Under the pieces are notes generated by a model that saw nothing but the letters and a program-made list of their open reading frames with translations, did no database searches and had not been told where the DNA came from. Shown piece by piece: positions 28,918 through 37,378 of a stretch of 64,000 bases of DNA. This DNA comes from Acidimicrobiaceae bacterium (GTDB lineage: Bacteria > Actinomycetota > Acidimicrobiia > Acidimicrobiales > Ilumatobacteraceae): the NCBI GenBank assembly GCA_040380855.1, contig JBEIIG010000009.1:10699-74698 (forward strand). The letters run 5' to 3'. Within the stretch, counting starts at the first letter, position 1; each line of letters opens with the position of its first letter. The position numbers were made by a program, and so were the translations under genes.

Positions 28918-29140
28918 AGGGCAACCTTTCTCACCATTCGGATGGATGACATGGTAATGGTCGTAATAAGGGCTGGGGATTGTGCACAACGTGCTGTCGC
29001 ACCAGCGTGCAGGTGCTTTTCGACCACACAATGTGATCCACCGTGGTCCACAGGTCGGAAATCACACCGACGTGGTTCGGTGGACGACCAGCGCACCGTC
29101 CACCGCGATCGACACCGCGTCCCCATGATGTCCCCAGCGT
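28918..29140. other. dnaA-dnaN intergenic region: candidate oriC/DUE segment
   Basis: DnaA-box-like 9-mers TTGTGCACA (28980-28988) and TGGTCCACA (29044-29052), plus further GTCCAC cores near 29081 and 29098. The locally most AT-rich stretch is ATGGTAATGGTCGTAATAAG (28951-28970). This is the position of oriC in many Actinobacteria. Confidence 0.5.
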
Positions 29141-30541
29141 TCAACTGGCCTTCAGTCGCTGGATGAGGTCGGTCACCTGGTCGTACACCTGCTTGCGCTC
29201 TTTCATCTGACGCTGGATCTTGTCGACGGCGTGGATGACCGTGGTGTGATCGCGGCCGCCGAACAGGCGGGCGATGCTGGGGTAACTCAGGTCGGTGAGT
29301 TCGCGGAACACGTACATCGCGGTCTGGCGGGCGGCGACGAGAGGTCGCTGGCGGCTGCGCCCACGCAACGCCTCGACCGAGAACCCGAGGATGGTGGCGA
29401 TCTCGGTGAGCATCTCGTCGTCGGTGCGGGGCTTGACGAAGGTGTCGGTGAGCAGGTCGCCCAGCAGTTGTTCGGCCAGATGGGTGGTGATGGGCACGTG
29501 ATTCAAGCTGGCGTAGGCGGTGACCCGGATGAGTGCGCCTTCGAGTTCGCGGATGTTCGACGTGATGTGACTGGCGATGAACTCGAGCGTGTCGGCCGGC
29601 ACGGGGCTGCGATCGCGTTCGGCCTTGTTGCGCAAGATGGCGAGACGGGTCTCGAGGTCGGGCGGCTGGATGTCGGTGATCAGGCCCCACTTGAAACGTC
29701 CGCGCAGTCGTTCCTCGAGCGTGGGGATGGCGTCGGGCATGCGGTCGCTCGAGATGACGATCTGCTTGTTCGCGCCGTGGAGCGAGTTGAAGGTGTGGAA
29801 GAACTCTTCCTGCAGACCCTCTTTGCCCTCCATGAACTGGATGTCGTCGATGAGCAGCACGTCGATGTCGCGGTAGCGCCGTTTGAACGCGCCGATGGTG
29901 TTGCTGCGGATGCCGTCGACGTACTCGTTCAGGAAGGTCTCGGTGCTGACGTAGCGCACTGTGTCGTGCTGGTAGTGGCGGTGCACGTAGTGACCGATGG
30001 CGTGCAGCAAGTGGGTCTTGCCGAGGCCGGCCGAGCCGTAGATGAACAACGGGTTGTACGACCGGCCGGGCGTCTCGGCGACGCGCAGCGCTGCCGCCAG
30101 AGCGAACTGGTTGGAGGCACCCTTCACGAACGTCTCGAACGTGTACCGCGGGTTCAGCCCGGCGAGGTCGAGTGCCGACTCGTTGCTGCGGCCCGACGAG
30201 TTGCCGGTCCGCGACCCTGCGGCCTGCCCGGTGTCGGAGCCTGCCGTCACGGCCTGGCTGGGCGCCTCGACAGGTTCGTCGACGGCGAGGTCGGCGTCGG
30301 GCACGACTACCACCAGATGGCGATGCGATGCCCCGATCTCTTCGAGGGCGTCGTTCACCAGGGCGATGTAGCGGGTGAGGATGCGGTCGCGGACGTGGTT
30401 GTTCGGCGCGCTGATCTGGAGTTCGTCGGCATCGCTGTCGAGGGCGACGACATCTTGGAACGTCGAGAACCACACGGCCTCCGACACCTGGGCTCGCAGG
30501 AGTTGAGCAACAGCCGTCCACACCTGTTCGGTATCGCTCAC
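29141..30541 (-). CDS. dnaA: Chromosomal replication initiator DnaA
   Basis: AAA+ Walker [17 protein letters not shown] and C-terminal DNA-binding domain ([12 protein letters not shown]). Start set to GTG 30539-30541, with GGAGG 5 nt upstream, because the longest ORF begins inside a DnaA box. Confidence 0.97.
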   Translation of the reverse strand: MSDTEQVWTAVAQLLRAQVSEAVWFSTFQDVVALDSDADELQISAPNNHVRDRILTRYIALVNDALEEIGASHRHLVVVVPDADLAVDEPVEAPSQAVTAGSDTGQAAGSRTGNSSGRSNESALDLAGLNPRYTFETFVKGASNQFALAAALRVAETPGRSYNPLFIYGSAGLGKTHLLHAIGHYVHRHYQHDTVRYVSTETFLNEYVDGIRSNTIGAFKRRYRDIDVLLIDDIQFMEGKEGLQEEFFHTFNSLHGANKQIVISSDRMPDAIPTLEERLRGRFKWGLITDIQPPDLETRLAILRNKAERDRSPVPADTLEFIASHITSNIRELEGALIRVTAYASLNHVPITTHLAEQLLGDLLTDTFVKPRTDDEMLTEIATILGFSVEALRGRSRQRPLVAARQTAMYVFRELTDLSYPSIARLFGGRDHTTVIHAVDKIQRQMKERKQVYDQVTDLIQRLKAS

Positions 30542-30568
30542 CTGCACCTCCGTTCCGATGGGTTCGAG

Positions 30569-30666
30569 ACGTCCACATAGTTGTCCACAGAATGTGGACA
30601 ACGAATCCGGGTCGCACCACGACCGGTCGACTCGTGGGAGGTGTCACCGTAGCAGACATATCCACA
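30569..30666. promoter_or_regulatory. DnaA-box cluster upstream of dnaA
   Basis: Perfect TTGTCCACA at 30581-30589 and perfect inverted TGTGGACAA at 30593-30601. Also ACGTCCACA (30569-30577) and ATATCCACA (30658-30666). Confidence 0.75.
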
Positions 30667-30813
30667 ACCCTCTCACGGGACCGCGGGTTGCCCCAGCAGG
30701 GGTGTCGCCCTAACCTACGGAGGTTCACTGCTCGGTGGCGGGTTCGTGCCGCATCCGACTGTGACACCCCGATCTGCCTGCACCGTTGTGTGGTGCCCTG
30801 TGAGGAGGATGGC

Positions 30814-30948
30814 GTGAAGCGCACGTTCCAACCCAACAACCGTCGTCGTGCGAAGAAGCACGGCTTTCGTCAGCGGATGCGCACCCGCGCCGGCCAGGGC
30901 GTGCTGAAGGCCCGTCGCGCCAAGGGCCGGCACCGTCTGTCGGCTTGA
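30814..30948 (+). CDS. rpmH: 50S ribosomal protein L34
   Basis: GTG start preceded by [30 protein letters not shown]. Confidence 0.95.
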   Translation: MKRTFQPNNRRRAKKHGFRQRMRTRAGQGVLKARRAKGRHRLSA

Positions 30949-31283
30949 TCTGGCGTATCCGCGACCGCGAGACCTTCGTGCGCCTGGCGCGCGACGGTCG
31001 TCGGTCACGGGCCGGAGTGCTGTGGTGCACCGCTGTTCTCGATCCGTCCTTGTCGCCGCCTCGGGTGGCGTTTGCGATCGGTCGCGCCATCGGGCCGGCC
31101 GTGATCCGCAATCGGCTGCGCCGTCAGATCCGTGCGCTCGTGACAGCGATCGACCTGCCACCGGGCGCGTATCTGATCGGCGCTCGTCCGGGCGCCGCCG
31201 AACGGTCGTACCTCGAGCTCCGCGCCGATCTCGAACGCATGCTGACCAGTCGCCCGTCACCCAGCAGCGCCAGAGTCGACTGA
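30945..31283 (+). CDS. rnpA: Ribonuclease P protein component
   Basis: TTG start overlaps the rpmH stop (TTGA). Basic 112-aa protein with the [10 protein letters not shown] motif, in the conserved position after rpmH. Confidence 0.85.
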   Translation: MIWRIRDRETFVRLARDGRRSRAGVLWCTAVLDPSLSPPRVAFAIGRAIGPAVIRNRLRRQIRALVTAIDLPPGAYLIGARPGAAERSYLELRADLERMLTSRPSPSSARVD

Positions 31284-31516
31284 AGCGCGCACTACTCCGC
31301 TTAGTTCACATGTATCAGTTGGGCGCCGAGGGCCGGCCGTCGCCGTGCCGCTTCACCCCCACCTGCTCCGCCTACGCCGTCGACGCGCTGCAGCACTACG
31401 GCACCGGCCGAGGCCTGCTGCTCGTCGTGCGGCGTCTGTTGCGATGCCGCCCCTTCGGACCCTCTGGCTGGGATCCGGTCCCCGACACCTTCCTGCGAAA
31501 GCGAGTCGACGCATGA
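31280..31516 (+). CDS. yidD: Membrane protein insertion efficiency factor YidD
   Basis: YQ...[19 protein letters not shown]...[14 protein letters not shown]. The conserved N-terminal (K)[11 protein letters not shown] lies upstream of the first ATG (31310). The only in-frame candidate is CTG 31280-31282, overlapping the rnpA TGA (CTGA). The alternative start at 31310 would truncate the family N-terminus. Confidence 0.85.
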   Translation: MKRALLRLVHMYQLGAEGRPSPCRFTPTCSAYAVDALQHYGTGRGLLLVVRRLLRCRPFGPSGWDPVPDTFLRKRVDA

Positions 31517-32550
31517 TCGCCTTTGGTCTGTTCGAAGGCCCGGCATGGTTGCTGGCCAAGTTCTACGACTTCACCCATAACTACGTCGTCGCCATCTCGC
31601 TGATCGCGCTGGTGGTGATGCTCATCACCGCCCCCCTGCAGTTGAAGGCCACCAAGGGGATGCTCGAGATGCAGCGACTGCAGCCGCATCTGCGCCGTCT
31701 GCAGCAGCAGCACCGCGGCGACCGGCAGAAGCTCAACGAAGAGATGATGAAGCTCTACCAGGAGCACAAGGTGAATCCCTTGGCCTCCTGCTTCCCGCTG
31801 CTCCTGCAGTTCCCGGTGTTCATCATCATGTTCCAGGTGCTGCACGGTCTGACCGCGTCGATCGAAGGTCGTGAGGGGTTCCCGGGCTTCACACCCAAGT
31901 ACATCTCGAGCGGATCGCAGCTGTACCGCGATCTGGTCGGGCAGAGCGAGATGCTGGCCTGGGGCATCGACTTGGCGAAGCGGCCGATCGATGCGATCGG
32001 CGAGTCGTTCAGCGGCGGTTTCGTCTACGCCTTGCTGGTGGTGGCGCTCGGTGCGCTGTACCTCGTCCAACAGAAGATGGTCGCTGCACGCGCCACGATG
32101 AGTCCGACGATGTCGCCGATGCAGCAGAAGATCATGCAGTACCTGCCGGTGGTCTTCGCTGTCTTCCTGGTCTTCTACCTCACCGGCCTCGTCATCTACT
32201 ACATGGCCCAGGCGATCTTCCGGATCGGCCTGCAGTGGTACATCACTCGCCGCTTCTACAAGGGCGAGCAGTCGCTCGGCCGCCAGGCCATGGCAGCCGG
32301 CGAGCAGGCGCGTGAGATGGCCAAGTCCGAACCAGGTGGCGGTGGTCTGTTCGGACAGATCAAGAAAGAGGCTGCGGCAGCCAAGGGTGCCTCGGCCAAG
32401 AACGCGAAGCCGGCGTCGTCGACGACGGTGAGCAAGCGGGTGACCGCACCGAAGAACAAGCCGACGCCGACAGGCAAGGGTGGACGGCCTGCGCCGTCGG
32501 GTCGCGCAGGGCGACCCAAGCCCGGCCCGTCGCGTCCCCCGAAGCAGTAG
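31513..32550 (+). CDS. yidC: Membrane protein insertase YidC (short, Gram-positive type) with basic C-terminal tail
   Basis: ATG overlaps the yidD stop (ATGA). [49 protein letters not shown]. Lys/Arg/Pro-rich tail. Confidence 0.9.
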   Translation: MIAFGLFEGPAWLLAKFYDFTHNYVVAISLIALVVMLITAPLQLKATKGMLEMQRLQPHLRRLQQQHRGDRQKLNEEMMKLYQEHKVNPLASCFPLLLQFPVFIIMFQVLHGLTASIEGREGFPGFTPKYISSGSQLYRDLVGQSEMLAWGIDLAKRPIDAIGESFSGGFVYALLVVALGALYLVQQKMVAARATMSPTMSPMQQKIMQYLPVVFAVFLVFYLTGLVIYYMAQAIFRIGLQWYITRRFYKGEQSLGRQAMAAGEQAREMAKSEPGGGGLFGQIKKEAAAAKGASAKNAKPASSTTVSKRVTAPKNKPTPTGKGGRPAPSGRAGRPKPGPSRPPKQ

Positions 32551-32559
32551 AGGACTCCG

Positions 32560-33432
32560 ATGGAATGGGTTGAGACAACCGGTCGCACGATCGACGAAGC
32601 AAAGAGCGCAGCACTCGATCAGCTCGGTGTAGTGGAAGACGACGCCGAGTTCGAGATCGTCGAAGAGCCGCGAGTGGGCCTGTTCGGTCGACAGCGCGGC
32701 GAAGCTCGGGTGCGCGCTCGCATCCGCCCCACCACACCACGGCCGAAGGTCGAGCGCCGCGACCGCAAGAAGCGCAGCGACGCGCCCGCGGCTGCGGCGA
32801 CGGGCTCCGAAGGCGACCGCCAGCCTGCAGAACGGGCACCGAAGGCCGCGTCGCAGCGGTCGCGTCAGAACGGCGCACCGAAAGGCCAGTCGAAGCAACG
32901 ACCGGCATCGTCCAGCGACGACACCGAAACGGTGTCGGCAACTCCCCCGCGTACCAAGGAGAACGAAGTGAGCGCTCAGCAGGTGGCCGATGAGGCAACG
33001 ACGTTCATCACCGGGTTGGTCTCGGCCTTCGGCCTGGACGGGTCGACGGCCGCGGTCGTGGAGGGCGACGAGATCGAGGTGAAGGTGGAAGGCAGCGACC
33101 TCGGGTTGCTCGTCGGACCTCGCGGCACCACCCTGCAAGCAGTGCAGGAAATCACCCGCGTGGTGGCCCAGCGCCGTCTCGGCGACCACGACACCCATCT
33201 CCGGGTGGATGTCGGTGGATACCGCGAGCGCCGCCGCGAGGCACTGGGCCGCTTCGCCCAGCAGGTGGCCGACCAGGTGATCGCCGACGGTGTGGCCCGG
33301 AGTCTCGAGCCGATGACCTCGGCCGACCGCAAGATCGTGCACGACGTGCTGGCCGATGTGGCCGGCGTAGCCACCAGTTCCGCAGGTGATGAGCCCCACC
33401 GCCGGGTGGTCATCTCGCCTGCGCATGCCTGA
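32560..33432 (+). CDS. jag: Jag/KhpB-type RNA-binding protein (Jag_N, KH, R3H)
   Basis: N-terminus MEWVETTGRTIDEAKSAALDQLG, long basic linker, and a C-terminal KH/R3H region (LEPMTSADRKIVHDVL). Conserved position after yidC. Confidence 0.85.
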   Translation: MEWVETTGRTIDEAKSAALDQLGVVEDDAEFEIVEEPRVGLFGRQRGEARVRARIRPTTPRPKVERRDRKKRSDAPAAAATGSEGDRQPAERAPKAASQRSRQNGAPKGQSKQRPASSSDDTETVSATPPRTKENEVSAQQVADEATTFITGLVSAFGLDGSTAAVVEGDEIEVKVEGSDLGLLVGPRGTTLQAVQEITRVVAQRRLGDHDTHLRVDVGGYRERRREALGRFAQQVADQVIADGVARSLEPMTSADRKIVHDVLADVAGVATSSAGDEPHRRVVISPAHA

Positions 33433-33961
33433 CGACGACGAACTGCGGCGGGTTCTTTCCGAACTCCAGCGACGGGGAGCGATCGGCCCTGTCGACCTCG
33501 ACAGCGCAATTGCGCACGCCGACGACTTCGTTGCCGCGTTGCCACTCGATGCGCACCGTGTCGTCGATCTGGGCTCGGGCGGTGGATTGCCGGCACTGGT
33601 CGTCGGTGTACGCCGACCCGATCTCGAGTTGGTGCTCGTGGAACGACGGGCCAAGCGAGCCGACCTGCTCCGGTATGCCGTTCGTGCACTCGGTATCGCC
33701 GAGCGGGTGGTGGTGACCGAGGTCGATGCTTCCCGGGTGGCGGATGTACTCGGTCTGGTCGCCGATGTCGTGACGGCCAGGAGTTTCGGTGCTCCTGCAG
33801 TGGTGATGCCACTCGCTGCCTCTGTACTCCCTTCGGGCGGCATGTTGTTGGTGAGCGATCCTCCCGATCGTGCCGCACGGTGGACCCCCGACGAGCTTGC
33901 CACCTGGGGTTTCGTCGAGATCGATCATGTCGGCGGAGTCCGGCGCCTTCGCCGTCGCTGA
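33425..33961 (+). CDS. rsmG: 16S rRNA (guanine527-N7)-methyltransferase RsmG
   Basis: Start at MPDDDEL (ATG 33425). SAM motif VVDLGSGGGLPALVV. Conserved position before parA. Confidence 0.85.
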   Translation: MPDDDELRRVLSELQRRGAIGPVDLDSAIAHADDFVAALPLDAHRVVDLGSGGGLPALVVGVRRPDLELVLVERRAKRADLLRYAVRALGIAERVVVTEVDASRVADVLGLVADVVTARSFGAPAVVMPLAASVLPSGGMLLVSDPPDRAARWTPDELATWGFVEIDHVGGVRRLRRR

Positions 33962-33979
33962 TGTTTCACGTGAAACATC
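33960..33979. promoter_or_regulatory. parS centromere site 1 (perfect 20-bp palindrome)
   Basis: GATGTTTCACGTGAAACATC contains the consensus TGTTTCACGTGAAACA (33962-33977) and overlaps the rsmG stop codon. Confidence 0.9.
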
Positions 33980-34019
33980 CGGTCAACATCCTCCACTGAC
34001 ACCAATCGGGGGTGCTGGC

Positions 34020-34039
34020 GATGTTTCACGTGAAACATC
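34020..34039. promoter_or_regulatory. parS centromere site 2 (identical 20-bp palindrome)
   Basis: Identical GATGTTTCACGTGAAACATC exactly 60 bp from site 1, upstream of parA. Confidence 0.9.
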
Positions 34040-34148
34040 CAGGCGTGCCAGGGTGCACCGATCCGGCGGGTCAAGTTGCTAACGTGCTGGCGAGGCGGAG
34101 TCGACGGTCGAATTGGCCGCACCCGCACCGATCAGGAGTTGACACACC

Positions 34149-34985
34149 ATGTCCTCGAGCCCTCCGTCATCCGTCACGGATGCCAGTGCCGCTCCGTCAG
34201 GCCGACCACTTCCCCGGGTCATCGCCGTTGCCAACCAGAAGGGTGGCGTCGGTAAGACGACGACGACCGTGAATCTGGGTGCCTGCCTGGCCGAACTCGG
34301 ATTCCGCACCCTGGTGATCGATCTCGATCCCCAAGGCAATGCGTCGACGGGTCTCGGCATCGAGAACCGCGGCCTGGAAACGTCGATGTACCACGTCATC
34401 ATGCACGACGTCCCGCTCGACCAATGCATCGAGCCCACGGCAGTGAAGAACCTGTTCGTCGCCCCAGCGAGCCTCGATCTCGCCGGCGCCGAGATCGAGT
34501 TGGTGCCGGCGTTCAGTCGCGAGGGTCGTCTGCGGCGAGCCGTCGACGCTGTACTCGACGACTACGACTACGTGTTGATCGATTGCCCCCCGTCACTCGG
34601 CCTGCTCACGGTCAACGGCCTGAATGCAGCACGGGAAGTGTTGGTGCCGATCCAGTGCGAGTACTACGCCCTGGAAGGCTTGGGACAGTTGCTGCGCAAC
34701 GTCGATCTCGTGAAGCGCAACCTCAATCCGACACTGGAAGTGTCGACGATCGTCTGCGTGATGTACGACGCCCGGACAAAGTTGGCTGATCAGGTCGTGC
34801 ACGAGGTACGGGAGCATTTCGGCGACAAGGTGTGTCGCACGGTGGTACCACGCACGGTGCGCCTGTCGGAGGCGCCCTCGTTCGGTCAGCCGATCATCAC
34901 CTTCGACCCCACCTCACGTGGTGCGGTGGCGTATCGAGAAGTGGCAAAGGAGGTCAGTCGTGGCTCGGCCAGGAGGACTGGGTAA
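34149..34985 (+). CDS. parA: Chromosome partitioning ATPase ParA/Soj
   Basis: Deviant Walker A VANQKGGVGKTTTTVNLG. 278 aa. Confidence 0.95.
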   Translation: MSSSPPSSVTDASAAPSGRPLPRVIAVANQKGGVGKTTTTVNLGACLAELGFRTLVIDLDPQGNASTGLGIENRGLETSMYHVIMHDVPLDQCIEPTAVKNLFVAPASLDLAGAEIELVPAFSREGRLRRAVDAVLDDYDYVLIDCPPSLGLLTVNGLNAAREVLVPIQCEYYALEGLGQLLRNVDLVKRNLNPTLEVSTIVCVMYDARTKLADQVVHEVREHFGDKVCRTVVPRTVRLSEAPSFGQPIITFDPTSRGAVAYREVAKEVSRGSARRTG

Positions 34986-35904
34986 AGGACTCAGCGCACT
35001 GATTCCCCCGACGGAGGGGGTGGAGACGGCGGCGAGCGACCAACCTCGGTTGGAGGATGTGCCGATCGATGCAATCGTCGAGAACCCCAAACAGCCGCGT
35101 ATGCATTTCGACGAGGAGTCACTCGCCGATTTGAGCGCATCGATCCAGGAGATCGGTGTGCTGCAACCCGTGCTCGTCCGTCCGGTGGGCGATCGGTACG
35201 AGTTGATCGCCGGCGAACGTCGATGGCGAGCGGCCAAGCGGGCGGGACTGTCGGTGATCCCCGCCATCGTTCGGACCACCGACGACCTCGGTTCGGCCGA
35301 GCGGGCACTGGTCGAGAACCTGCACCGCAAGGATCTGACCCCGCTGGAAGAGGCATCGGCCTACCAGCAGTTGATCGAGGTCTTCTCGCTCACGCACGAC
35401 CAGGTCGCCAGTCGGGTGGGCAAGAGCCGCTCGGCCGTGAGTAACAGCCTGCGACTGCTCACGCTGCCGCCGTCGATCCAGGGCTACCTGGCCGATGGGC
35501 GCCTCACCGCCGGCCATGCGCGAGCATTGCTGGGCACGCCGGATCGAGCCTTCCAGGAACAGCTCGGTCGACGGGCGGCTACCGAGTCGTGGACGGTGCG
35601 GGCCGTCGAGGAGGCGGTGCGCGACCGTCAGGCCGGTGGCCCGCGGCCACCGGCAACCGATGAACCCGCTTCCGGTGCGGCAGCGACACCAGGTAACCGA
35701 ACCTCGCCACCGCGGCTGCGGCCTCCCGGTCTGTTGGAACTCGAGGAGCTGCTGGCCGACCATCTCTCGACCTCGGTCGAGGTGACGATGAGCGCCAAGC
35801 GCGGCAAGATCGTGATCGACTTCGCCGATCTCGAGGATCTCGAGCGGTTGTACTACCTGATGAACCCTACGGGCCTCGGTCAACCAGCCACCCAGAGTGA
35901 GTGA
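34960..35904 (+). CDS. parB: Chromosome partitioning protein ParB/Spo0J
   Basis: GTG 34960 with AAGGAGG 7 nt upstream. GLGKGLSALI, LVENLHRKDLTPLEEA (ParB box) and HTH region. It overlaps the parA 3' end by 26 nt. Confidence 0.93.
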   Translation: MARPGGLGKGLSALIPPTEGVETAASDQPRLEDVPIDAIVENPKQPRMHFDEESLADLSASIQEIGVLQPVLVRPVGDRYELIAGERRWRAAKRAGLSVIPAIVRTTDDLGSAERALVENLHRKDLTPLEEASAYQQLIEVFSLTHDQVASRVGKSRSAVSNSLRLLTLPPSIQGYLADGRLTAGHARALLGTPDRAFQEQLGRRAATESWTVRAVEEAVRDRQAGGPRPPATDEPASGAAATPGNRTSPPRLRPPGLLELEELLADHLSTSVEVTMSAKRGKIVIDFADLEDLERLYYLMNPTGLGQPATQSE

Positions 35905-35960
35905 ACCTCACCCTGTGTGCATCATCAGGTAGCGCTTCAGCCTGAGGGTTACGCACATTC

Positions 35961-36021
35961 AGTGGACAACACTGTGGATAAACCCTCGACTAGGCAATGA
36001 GTGTCCACACCCTCATCCACG
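35961..36021. promoter_or_regulatory. DnaA-box cluster at the parB/cwlM convergent junction
   Basis: AGTGGACAA (35961-35969, 1 mismatch to the TTGTCCACA complement), TGTGGATAA (35973-35981, perfect complement of TTATCCACA), GTGTCCACA (36001-36009, 1 mismatch) and TCATCCACG (36013-36021, 2 mismatches). Confidence 0.6.
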
Positions 36022-36973
36022 TCTGGAGGGCGCGGCCGACCGCTTGACCAATGGCTGGTGCAGCATCGACCGCGGTGCGGATCGGTGCCAACGAGCACAG
36101 CACCGCGGGCATCTTCGTCTCGCGGAGCACCGGCAGGCGAAGGCCGCTCGGCTCGTCGAGCACCAGTCCACAGCGGGCCAGTTCCGTGGAGAGGCACTCC
36201 GCGAGGGTGCGGCCGCCCACCGACTCGAAGGTGGGCACCCGGTAATAGGTGACCACCGACCGTTCGCCGGCGATGCCGTCGAAGCCGAGGTACGCCTGCG
36301 CTGCGAACTCGTTGGCCGCTCGTGCCTGCGCCACGGCGTCGGGCTCGTCGAGGGGCACCACTTGGGCGCCCAACTGTCGCAACTCGCGGCTCGCCAGGCG
36401 GGTGATGGTGCTCAGACCACCGAAGTGGCCCACCACGATGCGCACGTCGCGGAGGTCCGACGACGACTGGCGTAGCAACTCGCGTTCACGTACGGCGCCG
36501 ATGCCTGGTCCGGAACCGGTCTGGCCGATCACCCGGTCGAGCATCCGAACCGTATGGACTCCGCACACCCCATCGGCGCCGAGCCCACAGTTGGTCTGGA
36601 AGTCGGCGAGTGCTCGGGCCGTACGCGGACCGAAGATCCCGTCGACACGACCGCAGTCGAACCCGAGGCGGTTCAACCGGCCCTGGAGTTCGGCGACGTC
36701 GTCGCCACGAAGGTTGGGTGAGGTGAGCAGCAGCAGCCGGTCGCCCAGTTTCCACGTGGCCTCGACCAGGGCTTTCCAGCACTCGAGATCGCAGGAGTCG
36801 GCGACACGAAGCCCGCGCGCCACCTGGAACGACTGCAAGGCAGCCACGGTGGCTGGGCAGAACTCGCCGAGTACTGCACCGGTGGTCGGGAAACCTGCAG
36901 CGACGAGCCGCCGCTGCAGGTCGCGGACCGCGTCGCCGCGCTGGCCTGGGGTCAGTGGGAAGACGGCAGAAAT
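35990..36973 (-). CDS. cwlM: CwlM-like N-acetylmuramoyl-L-alanine amidase with two N-terminal peptidoglycan-binding repeats
   Basis: Two PG_binding_1-like repeats (GQRGDAVRDLQRRLVAAGF..., GDDVAELQGRLNRLGFDCGRVDGIFGPRTARALADFQ), then an Amidase_3-like region. Synteny with trxB-trxA matches mycobacterial cwlM. No canonical start; candidates are ATT 36971-36973 (AGGAG 8 nt upstream) or CTG 36953-36955 (CTGA with the trxA stop). Confidence 0.75.
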   Translation of the reverse strand: MSAVFPLTPGQRGDAVRDLQRRLVAAGFPTTGAVLGEFCPATVAALQSFQVARGLRVADSCDLECWKALVEATWKLGDRLLLLTSPNLRGDDVAELQGRLNRLGFDCGRVDGIFGPRTARALADFQTNCGLGADGVCGVHTVRMLDRVIGQTGSGPGIGAVRERELLRQSSSDLRDVRIVVGHFGGLSTITRLASRELRQLGAQVVPLDEPDAVAQARAANEFAAQAYLGFDGIAGERSVVTYYRVPTFESVGGRTLAECLSTELARCGLVLDEPSGLRLPVLRETKMPAVLCSLAPIRTAVDAAPAIGQAVGRALQTWMRVWTLIA

Positions 36974-37290
36974 GCTTCGAGCTCCTGCAGCAGCGCGCTC
37001 TTGCCCTTCGCGCCGACGAGTCGCTTGGCGACCTGGCCCTTGTCGAACACGAGCAGGGTGGGAATGCTCATCACGTTGAACCGCATCGCCAGGTCGGGGT
37101 TCTCGTCGACGTTCAGCTTGGCGATGGTGATCTTGCCCTGCTGCTCGGAAGCGATCTCGCCGAGGATGGGGGCGATCATCTTGCACGGACCGCACCACTC
37201 GGCCCAGAAGTCGACCACCACGGGGAGATCGCTCGACGCGATCGTCTCGTCGAACGTGGAGGTGGTGAGGGTGACGATGCCATCGGCCAT
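36952..37290 (-). CDS. trxA: Thioredoxin
   Basis: MADGIVTL...VVDFWAEWCGPCKMIAP. 112 aa. Confidence 0.95.
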   Translation of the reverse strand: MADGIVTLTTSTFDETIASSDLPVVVDFWAEWCGPCKMIAPILGEIASEQQGKITIAKLNVDENPDLAMRFNVMSIPTLLVFDKGQVAKRLVGAKGKSALLQELEAFLPSSH

Positions 37291-37378
37291 GACGGGTCCT
37301 TTCACAGGGAGGTCTGCATGATAACGACTGCAACCCGATGCCGATCGTGACCATTCCCGGCCACGCGCAGGCGATGGT

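Noticed and set aside
31396-33903. 835-aa minus-strand ORF.
   Set aside because: It is antisense to yidC, jag and rsmG, all of which have clear family motifs. It is a shadow ORF.
36974-37354. N-terminal 127 codons of the 454-aa ORF fused to the CwlM-like gene.
   Set aside because: They lie entirely out of frame over trxA with an Arg/His/Pro-rich translation. Homology to CwlM begins only at ...LTPGQRGD.
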